Source of the DNA: an uncultured Clostridia bacterium
GTDB taxonomy: Bacteria; Bacillota; Clostridia; Christensenellales; UBA1242
Length of the DNA stretch: 64,000 nt
Reading direction: 5' to 3'
NCBI GenBank assembly: GCA_944383355.1
Contig: CALWPF010000005.1
Location: 4,124 to 68,123 of the forward strand
In this document: in pieces, positions 9,391 through 16,999 of the stretch
Numbering within the stretch: the first letter of the stretch is position 1
How the letters are laid out: each line of letters opens with the position of its first letter
Position numbers and translations under genes: made by a program
Notes under the pieces: model-generated
What the model was told of the DNA's origin: nothing
What the model saw: the letters and a program-made list of their open reading frames with translations, nothing else
Databases searched by the model: none

Positions 9391-10464
9391 ATGGCAAAAA
9401 AACAAGTAGAGTCAGATGAAACTGTAGAATTGACAGATGAGATAAAAAAAGCATCTGAAATAAAAAAAGAAGCACAACAAAGGCGTGCAAAAGCGGCGGG
9501 AGACAAAGAATTTAAAGTTGACGTTACACAAAATCCCAAAAATCAATTCAAGCCAGGTTACAGAGATGAATTGATCTATACTAGGACTTGGGGGGCGGTA
9601 AAGCAACCAAAGGCTGTTATGCTGTTGTTGCACGGTATGGTGGAACATAGTTTGCGTTATGATGCCTTTTCAAAAAAATGTAATCAGGCAGGCATTATTG
9701 TATTTTGTATGGATTTGCGTGCACATGGACATACGGCGGGGGACCCAGCAAAAGTCGGGCAATATGATGGCGATTTGTTTGGTGATTGTGTAAAAGATGC
9801 TATCAAATTTGCAGATGAATTGATTGAAACTTATCATTTGCCACTGATAATATGTGGTCATAGTTATGGTTCATTTTTGACTCAAGAATTTATACAGAAT
9901 TATCATCAGCATGCTATGGCAATTTTGATAGGTAGTGCATGTATGCAAGGCGTTGCCGATGTAGCTTTAGGTAAGATGGTAGCTAATTGTACCAAGGCTT
10001 TTTGTGGAAAAGATGCAAAGGCAAAAATGATTTACAAGTTAACATTTGGGGCTTACGGTAAATCTTTTGATAGAGGTAATTGGTTGACAAGAGATGAGGC
10101 AATTTTTGATGCATACAATCAAGATCCTTTTTGTGGTAATATTTGTTCCGCTCAATTTTATAGTAGTTTTTTTGCTCACTTGTCCAAGTTGTATGATATT
10201 AATAAACTCAATATGATAGACAAGGACAAACCTATACTCATTACAAGTGGTGAATTGGATCCTGTCGGTGGTAAGCAACATAAACTAGTTGACAAGTTGG
10301 ACTTATTGTATAGGTCTCTTGGGATTCGCTCTGTCACATACAAATTGTGGGAGCAGTGTAGACACGAGGTATTAAATGAAATAAACAAAGATGAAATACA
10401 ACAGTATATAATCGATTTTATAATTAGCAATTTGGATAAGAAAAAATCAAAAGATGTAGATTAA
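9391..10464 (+). CDS. Alpha/beta hydrolase, lysophospholipase/monoacylglycerol-lipase-like, with ~45-aa charged N-terminal extension
   Basis: It has the HGMVEHSLRY motif, the nucleophile elbow GHSYGS, and a late Asp (GELDPV) and His (CRHEV). SD AGGAGG. It is co-directional and 34 nt downstream of glpK. Confidence 0.8.
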   Translation: MAKKQVESDETVELTDEIKKASEIKKEAQQRRAKAAGDKEFKVDVTQNPKNQFKPGYRDELIYTRTWGAVKQPKAVMLLLHGMVEHSLRYDAFSKKCNQAGIIVFCMDLRAHGHTAGDPAKVGQYDGDLFGDCVKDAIKFADELIETYHLPLIICGHSYGSFLTQEFIQNYHQHAMAILIGSACMQGVADVALGKMVANCTKAFCGKDAKAKMIYKLTFGAYGKSFDRGNWLTRDEAIFDAYNQDPFCGNICSAQFYSSFFAHLSKLYDINKLNMIDKDKPILITSGELDPVGGKQHKLVDKLDLLYRSLGIRSVTYKLWEQCRHEVLNEINKDEIQQYIIDFIISNLDKKKSKDVD

Positions 10465-10583
10465 TTGTGCTTTTTTGCTAATGCTGTCTAATTTTGCTTG
10501 ATTTTTGCTATTTTGATTTGGTAACATACTATTAGTCTCAATACACATAATAGTGTTGATAAAATTAGTAAAGAGGATAGGTT

Positions 10584-12083
10584 ATGAAAAATACAATGAC
10601 ATCCGACGGAACCAGGATAGGCTATATATTTACAGGTATTTTGACTATAATTCTTGCTATTGCTTTAGTCTTTTTGTTTTTTCCTGCATTTATGGGGTTA
10701 TTTGGTTTAACACTTTGGTCGGCAGATTTTATATTAGATTTGATCAGTAGTCAATTTATTGAGCTAATAGTTTTGGCTTGTGTACTAGCGATTCCTTTGT
10801 TATTTGCACTATGCAACCTTTTTAGTTTGTTTGTACGCCGTAGCAAGAGTAATACTTTTTTTAGATTGTGTGTAGTATTTGCTAGTCTTAGTTTTTTGAT
10901 ACAAGTTGATATAATTGCTTCATTATTGACTCTAGATGCTACAATATCCAGCGTATTATTGTATGTAAAATATGCATTTGCGGGTATTGCACTCATAATG
11001 CTGATACTGGGACTAATATTTAGGAGTTCAAAGAAATTTGACAAGTATCATGAAAATAGAGCGAGTACTTATATAGTATTTATATCTTTTGTTTGGTTGC
11101 TCTTGGCAGCATTTAGCATTTTACCTAATATAGTATCTGTGGAAGTAATCGATATCATATTTGTAGTACCTTCTACGATCTATCTTGGTCTATTTGGAGT
11201 GTTGCTATTAATTATGTCAATATGGCAATTTTGTTGTGTAAAACACCGCTACTTGGTGAGTCCAGATGGTAATACGACTAGAGAGACCCGTGATGTAAAT
11301 GCAAATGCTGGTGGCAATAGAGGAGGTCAGGTAAATCCTGCCAATGCGGGTATGGCTATGGCTCCAGGGCAGTTTGTCAATAACCCTAATGGTTCTTTTG
11401 CACAACAGGCGCAACCTCAACAACAGATGCAACAGCAAGGTATGGGAGTACCTTCACAACGAGGTATGCCACAGTACAATACATCTGTTCAGAATAATCC
11501 TAATTTTAATAATGCTAATATTAGAGCACAACAAATGCAGGGGAGACCTGCAACGCCACAACAGCAGTTTCAACAACAAGGTTATTATGCTAATCAAATG
11601 AATAATGCTCAACCTCAACAACCGCCAATGAGACGAGCTCCTCAAGTGCAGAGAGGTCCAGGAATGGGAGTGCCTCCACAACAAGCTGTACCGCCACAAC
11701 AAAATACTGGCGTAATGCCAAATTATGGCAATATTCAGCGTGCGCCGAATAATATGCAAAATCAAATGTCTCAACCTAACGCATATAATAATGTTAATGG
11801 CACAAATATGGCAGGTTATCCAAACAATGCGCAGATGCCTCCTCGTGGACCGATGCCACAAAAGCCTCCTATTGTTATTAATCAGTTTGCAAATAATAAT
11901 ATGCAACCACAAGCACAACCTAACATGACCAATAATATGTCAATGCCTCAGCAACCACAGCCTAATGTAAACAATGGTATGGCTGGGCTTCCACCTAAAT
12001 TACCACCAAAATTAGCACAAAAAAAGCTAGAGATGGAGAATGGTGGTAATCAATCAAACGAAGGGAATAATAATGGACAGTAA
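10584..12083 (+). CDS. Polytopic membrane protein (~6 TM) with ~280-aa Q/N/P/M-rich low-complexity C-terminal tail
   Basis: 499 aa. The hydrophobic N-terminal 215 aa are followed by runs such as QQAQPQQQMQQQGMGVPSQRGMPQYN...PQQPQPNVNNGMAG. SD AAAGAGGA. Confidence 0.7.
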   Translation: MKNTMTSDGTRIGYIFTGILTIILAIALVFLFFPAFMGLFGLTLWSADFILDLISSQFIELIVLACVLAIPLLFALCNLFSLFVRRSKSNTFFRLCVVFASLSFLIQVDIIASLLTLDATISSVLLYVKYAFAGIALIMLILGLIFRSSKKFDKYHENRASTYIVFISFVWLLLAAFSILPNIVSVEVIDIIFVVPSTIYLGLFGVLLLIMSIWQFCCVKHRYLVSPDGNTTRETRDVNANAGGNRGGQVNPANAGMAMAPGQFVNNPNGSFAQQAQPQQQMQQQGMGVPSQRGMPQYNTSVQNNPNFNNANIRAQQMQGRPATPQQQFQQQGYYANQMNNAQPQQPPMRRAPQVQRGPGMGVPPQQAVPPQQNTGVMPNYGNIQRAPNNMQNQMSQPNAYNNVNGTNMAGYPNNAQMPPRGPMPQKPPIVINQFANNNMQPQAQPNMTNNMSMPQQPQPNVNNGMAGLPPKLPPKLAQKKLEMENGGNQSNEGNNNGQ

Positions 12084-12528
12084 ACAAGTTAAATGGGATT
12101 CTCGTTTTGTTGAATTAACAAAGTTGGTATCTACATGGTCTACTTGTCTGAGGCGACAGGTAGGCGCAGTCATCGTAAAAGATAGGCGAGTGTTAGCAAT
12201 AGGTTATAATGGAGCACCCGAGGGAGTAAAAAACTGTTTGGAGAGAGGAGAGTGCTTGCGAGATAAATTGGGTATACAGAGTGGGACGAGGAGAGAAATG
12301 TGCTACTCCGTATGTGCAGAGCAAAATGCTATTGCGCAGGCTGCTCGTATGGGGCATAATATACAAGGTAGTACCATATATTGCAGTCTTACGCCATGCT
12401 CAACCTGTGCTAGACTGATGATTAATGCTGGTATTAAGCGAATTGTTTGTTTAGATGATTATCCTGATGATTTCAGTAAACAAATTTTAAAAGAAGCAGG
12501 TGTGGAAATAGTCAAGTACAAAGAGTGA
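12073..12528 (+). CDS. comEB: Deoxycytidylate (dCMP) deaminase, ComEB-type
   Basis: It has the zinc motifs CAEQNAI and TPCSTCARLMINAGI. The start is taken at ATG 12073 (MDSKQVKWD...), which overlaps the upstream stop by 11 nt. Confidence 0.88.
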   Translation: MDSKQVKWDSRFVELTKLVSTWSTCLRRQVGAVIVKDRRVLAIGYNGAPEGVKNCLERGECLRDKLGIQSGTRREMCYSVCAEQNAIAQAARMGHNIQGSTIYCSLTPCSTCARLMINAGIKRIVCLDDYPDDFSKQILKEAGVEIVKYKE

Positions 12529-12537
12529 TTTATCGAT

Positions 12538-12568
12538 AAATCAACCTTTCAGTAGGTTGATTTTTTAT
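12538..12568 (+). terminator. Rho-independent terminator after comEB
   Basis: AAATCAACCT ttcagt AGGTTGATTT is followed by TTTTT. Confidence 0.8.
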
Positions 12569-12737
12569 TTAATTTTATATTCTCAAGCTACAACGCAAGC
12601 TACAGTCAATATAGCTACTTGTACATTTTTTTGATGATATACTAGTGCTATTTTAATTTACTTTATTAAAATAAAATTTGGTATAAAAATCTAATGATAA
12701 GACCATGATATTTATAATTCAACGAGGAAATATGTTT

Positions 12738-12929
12738 ATGAATAATATTTTATTGGCTTTGATTTGTTTGTTGGTAGGTTGGTTTGGTATAGATAAAATG
12801 ATTATGGGTGATATCAAACTTGGATTGATTAAATTATTACTAAATTTTGTGTTGATAGGAGTAATATGGAATATCTATGATATTTTTAGTGCCTTAATAG
12901 GTAAGTACAAATTGAATCCTCTAAAATAA
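12738..12929 (+). CDS. TM2 domain small membrane protein
   Basis: It has two TM helices with the pattern LVGWFGIDKMIMGD-KLG--KLL...GVIWNIYD, which resembles the TM2 family. SD GAGGA lies 9 nt before ATG 12738; an alternative ATG is at 12732. Confidence 0.6.
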   Translation: MNNILLALICLLVGWFGIDKMIMGDIKLGLIKLLLNFVLIGVIWNIYDIFSALIGKYKLNPLK

Positions 12930-12998
12930 AAACTTGTTAGCTATATTAACTTGGTTAATTGTAGTTTTTGACCAATAAACCAATTTTGCGCACAATTC

Positions 12999-13013
12999 TT
13001 CACATATAATGTG
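12999..13013. promoter_or_regulatory. Perfect 6-3-6 palindrome TCACAT-ATA-ATGTGA (candidate operator)
   Basis: Read directly. It is intergenic, ~60 nt upstream of the -35 of the 13134 gene promoter. Confidence 0.3.
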
Positions 13014-13071
13014 AGACTAACTCATTATTTTTTATTATTTTAATGTGGTAACAATTCCCTATGGTCCAATA

Positions 13072-13100
13072 TTGACTATTTGTACAAGATGTGTTATAAT
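13072..13100 (+). promoter_or_regulatory. Near-consensus sigma-A promoter (TTGACT-17-TATAAT) for the 13134 gene
   Basis: TTGACT at 13072-13077, a 17-nt spacer, and TATAAT at 13095-13100. Confidence 0.65.
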
Positions 13101-13133
13101 GAAAACGATAAAGGAAGGGGAGGATACCAATTA

Positions 13134-13802
13134 ATGGAAACAAAGCAAAGGTCATCAGCACCTAATATTACTGTGTATGATGATTATTTTACAGATGTTT
13201 TATCAAAAAAAATTGATTCAAAAAACCAAAAAGGAGTGGCGACCACTCTTACAGCCAATGTTCCATTGGCAACCATGCAAAATGTAAACAGAAAGTCTAG
13301 AGAGTTGCAAAATATTAGAAGGACTGTTTTACTTGATGAAAAGTTAACAGATTTGAATAGTTGCGTCGGTAAAATAGTAACGAGAGCAAAGCCTGTGATT
13401 AATCACAGTGGTAATTTTAGTGTAAAAGGTATGTTCCCAGACATAAACTTAGTGGTGTATTGTGACTCTACTTCTGCAGTCTTATTTGACGGAGACAGCT
13501 TTTGGACCTTGGCTGGTAATGCTGATAAACTATTTATTGATGACGCTTGGGTAGAGGTTACTAATGATGTGTTATTGCGTGCGTTTGATCAAAATCCTAC
13601 ACAGTATTACGGTACCAGCAAACATATCAGTGCCATTAGTGCGCAACAAGATAAATTGCCAGAGTTGCTTAAAAACGAGATAGATACTATTAAAGCAGGG
13701 CAAGATTCTATGGACGAGCAGACGTCAAGCTATTTGGTTGCTTTGGAGTCTGCCAAAGATAGTTTGGATACTGTTAATGTAACTCAGGCTTTAGCAAACT
13801 AA
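13134..13802 (+). CDS. Hypothetical cytoplasmic protein (222 aa), no recognisable domain
   Basis: The ORF has SD GGGGAGG 10 nt upstream of ATG 13134. I rejected the upstream TTG extension to 13080 because the promoter lies inside it. Confidence 0.6.
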   Translation: METKQRSSAPNITVYDDYFTDVLSKKIDSKNQKGVATTLTANVPLATMQNVNRKSRELQNIRRTVLLDEKLTDLNSCVGKIVTRAKPVINHSGNFSVKGMFPDINLVVYCDSTSAVLFDGDSFWTLAGNADKLFIDDAWVEVTNDVLLRAFDQNPTQYYGTSKHISAISAQQDKLPELLKNEIDTIKAGQDSMDEQTSSYLVALESAKDSLDTVNVTQALAN

Positions 13803-13820
13803 AATTTGTTGATTGAATAA

Positions 13821-13852
13821 AAAAAGAGGTTACTTTTTGTAATCTCTTTTTT
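13821..13852. terminator. Bidirectional terminator between convergent genes
   Basis: AAAAAGAGGTTAC ttttt GTAATCTCTTTTTT, with one G-U pair. It overlaps the stop of the minus-strand gene. Confidence 0.7.
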
Positions 13853-14378
13853 ATTCTGTAGGATTATCGTTATCAGTTATCTTAGTATCTACATTATCAG
13901 TTTTTGTATTTGGGGTAGGGTTTGATATTTGCTCGGATTGGTCGCTTAGATCTGCACCGCATTTTGTGCAATGCTTTTTATCAAAATTTATCTCTGCATT
14001 ACATTTGGGACAAATCTTGGTTTTGCTTAGATTTGCTCCGCAATTGCCACAATGGGTATCTTCTGCTTTTACCTCACTACCACAGTTTGGACACTTTTCC
14101 ATATTTGCAGTACCTATAGCTAAATTATCTTCTTTTAGACTTCCCTTTGTTGCTTTTAATACTGAGCCAGTCCACACAAATACTATTCCCAGAATTATTC
14201 CTGCTAAGGCTAAGACATATAAAACAGCCGCTATTATCCATAACCACCATCTATTATCCACTCCACCAGCAGTAGTGCAAATTACGGCTAATACTACGCA
14301 AGCAGCTGCTATTATTAGTAGTATTATCCCTAGACCAATCAATCCATATTTGCTTTTTTGTATTTTATTTATGCTCAT
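13851..14378 (-). CDS. Membrane protein (3 TM) with C-terminal double zinc-ribbon (4 x CxxC)
   Basis: CPNCGSEV...HCGNCGANL...CPKCNAEI...HCTKCGADL. SD AAGGAG. It is the last gene of the SPFH operon, in the position of YdjH. Confidence 0.75.
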   Translation of the reverse strand: MSINKIQKSKYGLIGLGIILLIIAAACVVLAVICTTAGGVDNRWWLWIIAAVLYVLALAGIILGIVFVWTGSVLKATKGSLKEDNLAIGTANMEKCPNCGSEVKAEDTHCGNCGANLSKTKICPKCNAEINFDKKHCTKCGADLSDQSEQISNPTPNTKTDNVDTKITDNDNPTE

Positions 14379-14389
14379 ATTTACTCCTT

Positions 14390-15478
14390 TTAGTCACTTA
14401 TCAGACTTAGTATAATAGGCAATGCAATGATTAAAATTATTAATATTACTGTACCTACAATTTTAGGAATTGATTTAGGTAAGTTATTATCTATTTTACC
14501 AGTTTGACCATTCATGTATGTGATATAATCTTTTTTCTTATACTTATATTGGAATTTATACAAGGGTACCAGTTGATATTGATATTTTTCGTTGCTAATT
14601 GTAGGTGTAAAATTTAAATACTGTACACCATCTGCCTGAGGATATCTCGCCAAAATGCCTTTTTTGATTTGGTCTCTATATACTTGCTTTGCTATTTCTT
14701 CACATGTATGCAGTGCATCTTGGTAATGTTCTACGGTGTACCCACGTATGTAGTCGTCCTTATATGCGACTACACCGTTATAATTGTAGGGTAGTATCCC
14801 ATTGAGGTTTTCTTGAGAAATTTTACTACTTGTTTCTATGGAAATATTCTTATGGGACATTTTAATATTTCCTGCTATTGGAAAAGTCTCAGTTACCGTT
14901 CTACTAGTGTTATTTCTATGGTCGTGCACTGTTCTGGTTTTGGTCAAAACACCATTATAGTCACTATTAGTCTCCGCATCAAAATTAAATGTAGGTATAT
15001 ATGTTCCCTTGATTTGATTTTTTGGTAATTTCTTTTTAAATTTCCCAGACACATAAAACTTCTTTTTTACATTTTGTATAAATCTATTAGAGGCTTCCTC
15101 GGCATCAAATGAAAATGGTATTATAGAATCAGGAGAGTAGGTGGGGATTTCATCGCTTGCCATTACAAAGGCAGTATCACAATACGGACAACGTTTTGAT
15201 ATCTCTAGGCTATTTAATATTACACTTGAGCCACAGTTCTTACATTTAAAAATTTTATTATTAGCAACCCAATTTTTATATTCAGTACTGTCCTTGCTTT
15301 GCTCATCAATATTGTGTCGATTGTAATCTGTAGACTTTTGTATATCAAAAATACTACCACAATTCTCGCATTTTAACCCTTGCTTGGCAGGATAAAAGAT
15401 TAAATTACCACCACAGTTAGCACATTTTTCCATTGTGCTAGTAACAACTTTTTGATTTATATTATCATTTTTTACCAT
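14390..15478 (-). CDS. YdjG-like TFIIB-type zinc-ribbon protein with C-terminal TM anchor
   Basis: Two N-terminal Cys4 ribbons (CANCGG...CENCGS; CKNCGS...CPYCDT), a ~230-aa central domain and a terminal TM (IVGTVILIILIIALPIILSLI). It sits 7 nt downstream of the SPFH gene. Confidence 0.65.
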   Translation of the reverse strand: MVKNDNINQKVVTSTMEKCANCGGNLIFYPAKQGLKCENCGSIFDIQKSTDYNRHNIDEQSKDSTEYKNWVANNKIFKCKNCGSSVILNSLEISKRCPYCDTAFVMASDEIPTYSPDSIIPFSFDAEEASNRFIQNVKKKFYVSGKFKKKLPKNQIKGTYIPTFNFDAETNSDYNGVLTKTRTVHDHRNNTSRTVTETFPIAGNIKMSHKNISIETSSKISQENLNGILPYNYNGVVAYKDDYIRGYTVEHYQDALHTCEEIAKQVYRDQIKKGILARYPQADGVQYLNFTPTISNEKYQYQLVPLYKFQYKYKKKDYITYMNGQTGKIDNNLPKSIPKIVGTVILIILIIALPIILSLISD

Positions 15479-15485
15479 ACTTTAC

Positions 15486-16616
15486 CTAACATTTTTCGCC
15501 GCACTCAGGGCAAAACTTTTGATTATCTTTTAATTCAGTCCCACATTTTGCGCATGTTTTTATTAGTTTTTCGCCGCACTCAGGACAAAACTTTGCCTTT
15601 GACTTTATATCAGCACCACACTTTGGACAAGTACGACCTTGTTTGGCACCACATTCAGGACAAAACTTTACACCATCTCTAATTTTTGCGCCACATTTAC
15701 TGCAAGTGGTTGTAGCTTTTTCGGCATGTTGCTCTTTTGGTTTGTTTTGTGTACTTAGGCTTTCGGCAAACATTTGTCCCATTGCTGTACCAGCTCCTAG
15801 GCCTACGCCTAGCCCTGCTAGATTACCTCCACTAGGATTGTTGGCTGCATCTCGCATAGCATTTGCTGCTTGGTATTGGGTATATGTACCCATTTTGTCC
15901 TCCATGACGCCCATTTTTGTGCGTTCGTCTAGAGCTTTTTCTACTTCTTCTGGTAGAGATAGATTTTCTATTACCACACCAGTCAATTTTAATCCAAATC
16001 TAGCAAACTCTGGTTGAGAGGTTTGTATGACATTGGTACTAAACTCTTTGTAATTAGCAGCCAAATCTAGTGCACTAATTTTACTTTCTGCAATTGCATC
16101 TGCTATACCTTGCAATAGCATTGGTCTGCATTGCTCAGCTACATCATTAGTCTTGTAAACCTCATTTGTACCAAACATTTCTTGCATAAAAGTTTTGACA
16201 TCTTCCACCTTAAAAGAGTATACACCAAATCCTCGTAGCCTAATATTACCAAAGTCAGCATCTCGCATCATTATTGGATTTTGTGTCCCCCACTTTTGTC
16301 CTGTAAACTGCTTTGTATTAACAAAATATACTTCTGCTTTGATAGGGGAATTAAATCCAGTAGGTAAAGATAGCATTTTAGTCAAAAATGGTATATTCTC
16401 TGTCGATAATTTGTATGAACCAGGTGCAAAAACATCAGCAATTTGTCCTTTGTGTACAAAAACTGCGCATTGACTAGGGCGTACTACTAGGGTACTACTG
16501 TTCATTATCTCATCTCTGTTTGTGAGTGGATACTTATATACAATAGTATCCTTGGTTTTGTCTTCCCACTCAATAACCTCTAGTAATTGTTTCTTGATAA
16601 AGTTAAATAAACCCAT
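15486..16616 (-). CDS. SPFH/Band-7 family protein, YdjI-like (COG4260 'virion core protein' type), fused to three tandem double zinc-ribbons
   Basis: The N-terminus MGLFNFIKKQLLEVIEWED...LVVRPSQCAVFVHKGQI is typical of the YdjI family. The C-terminus has 6 x CxxC: C(S/P/A)KCG(A/T)...KFCPECG(A/E)K repeated three times. Confidence 0.8.
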   Translation of the reverse strand: MGLFNFIKKQLLEVIEWEDKTKDTIVYKYPLTNRDEIMNSSTLVVRPSQCAVFVHKGQIADVFAPGSYKLSTENIPFLTKMLSLPTGFNSPIKAEVYFVNTKQFTGQKWGTQNPIMMRDADFGNIRLRGFGVYSFKVEDVKTFMQEMFGTNEVYKTNDVAEQCRPMLLQGIADAIAESKISALDLAANYKEFSTNVIQTSQPEFARFGLKLTGVVIENLSLPEEVEKALDERTKMGVMEDKMGTYTQYQAANAMRDAANNPSGGNLAGLGVGLGAGTAMGQMFAESLSTQNKPKEQHAEKATTTCSKCGAKIRDGVKFCPECGAKQGRTCPKCGADIKSKAKFCPECGEKLIKTCAKCGTELKDNQKFCPECGEKC

Positions 16617-16644
16617 AAAAATATCTCCTTATTAATATCATTTT

Positions 16645-16674
16645 ATTATATCATTGTAAATAAAAAAGTGTCAA
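16645..16674 (-). promoter_or_regulatory. Sigma-A promoter of the SPFH operon (TTGACA-18-TATAAT on minus strand)
   Basis: The reverse complement reads TTGACA cttttttatttacaatga TATAAT, followed by SD AAGGAG. Confidence 0.6.
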
Positions 16675-16911
16675 TAAATTTTAAACTAAATAGATGTATA
16701 TAATAAATTAAAATTATAGCATTTACTCATTACTGGTATTGCTTTTTATCTTAAAGCGAAGGAGTAGTTTTTTGATAATCAATATTCCAAGTAGTGTATA
16801 ACAACAACACATTAAGTTAGGGGATAATTTTTATTTTGATAGTTATTGCAAAATCTTTAGTTAATTGCGATAAATTATTCACAAAAATCATATCTAAAAG
16901 CATTATTTATG

Positions 16912-16934
16912 GTACTATGCACAGTACTATGCAG
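16912..16934 (+). repeat. Tandem pair of the GTACTATGCA motif (12-nt period: GTACTATGCACA GTACTATGCAG)
   Basis: Read directly. It is intergenic, just downstream of the 17000..18112 gene. Confidence 0.85.
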
Positions 16935-16999
16935 ATTAATAAATAAAAATAGCCTTACTTTAAAGGCCATTTTTTATCATTTGCTTATATGTCCATATT

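Noticed and set aside
11454-11918. A 154-aa minus-strand ORF lies in the Q/N-rich region.
   Set aside because: It stays open only because the antisense of repetitive CAA/CAG/CCA codons lacks stops. Its composition is Leu/Ile/His/Arg/Trp-rich and it has no RBS.
16912-16934. The tandem 12-nt repeats could be a degenerate CRISPR array or a minisatellite.
   Set aside because: There are only two units with no spacers, and no cas genes occur anywhere in the window. They belong to the dispersed palindrome family instead.
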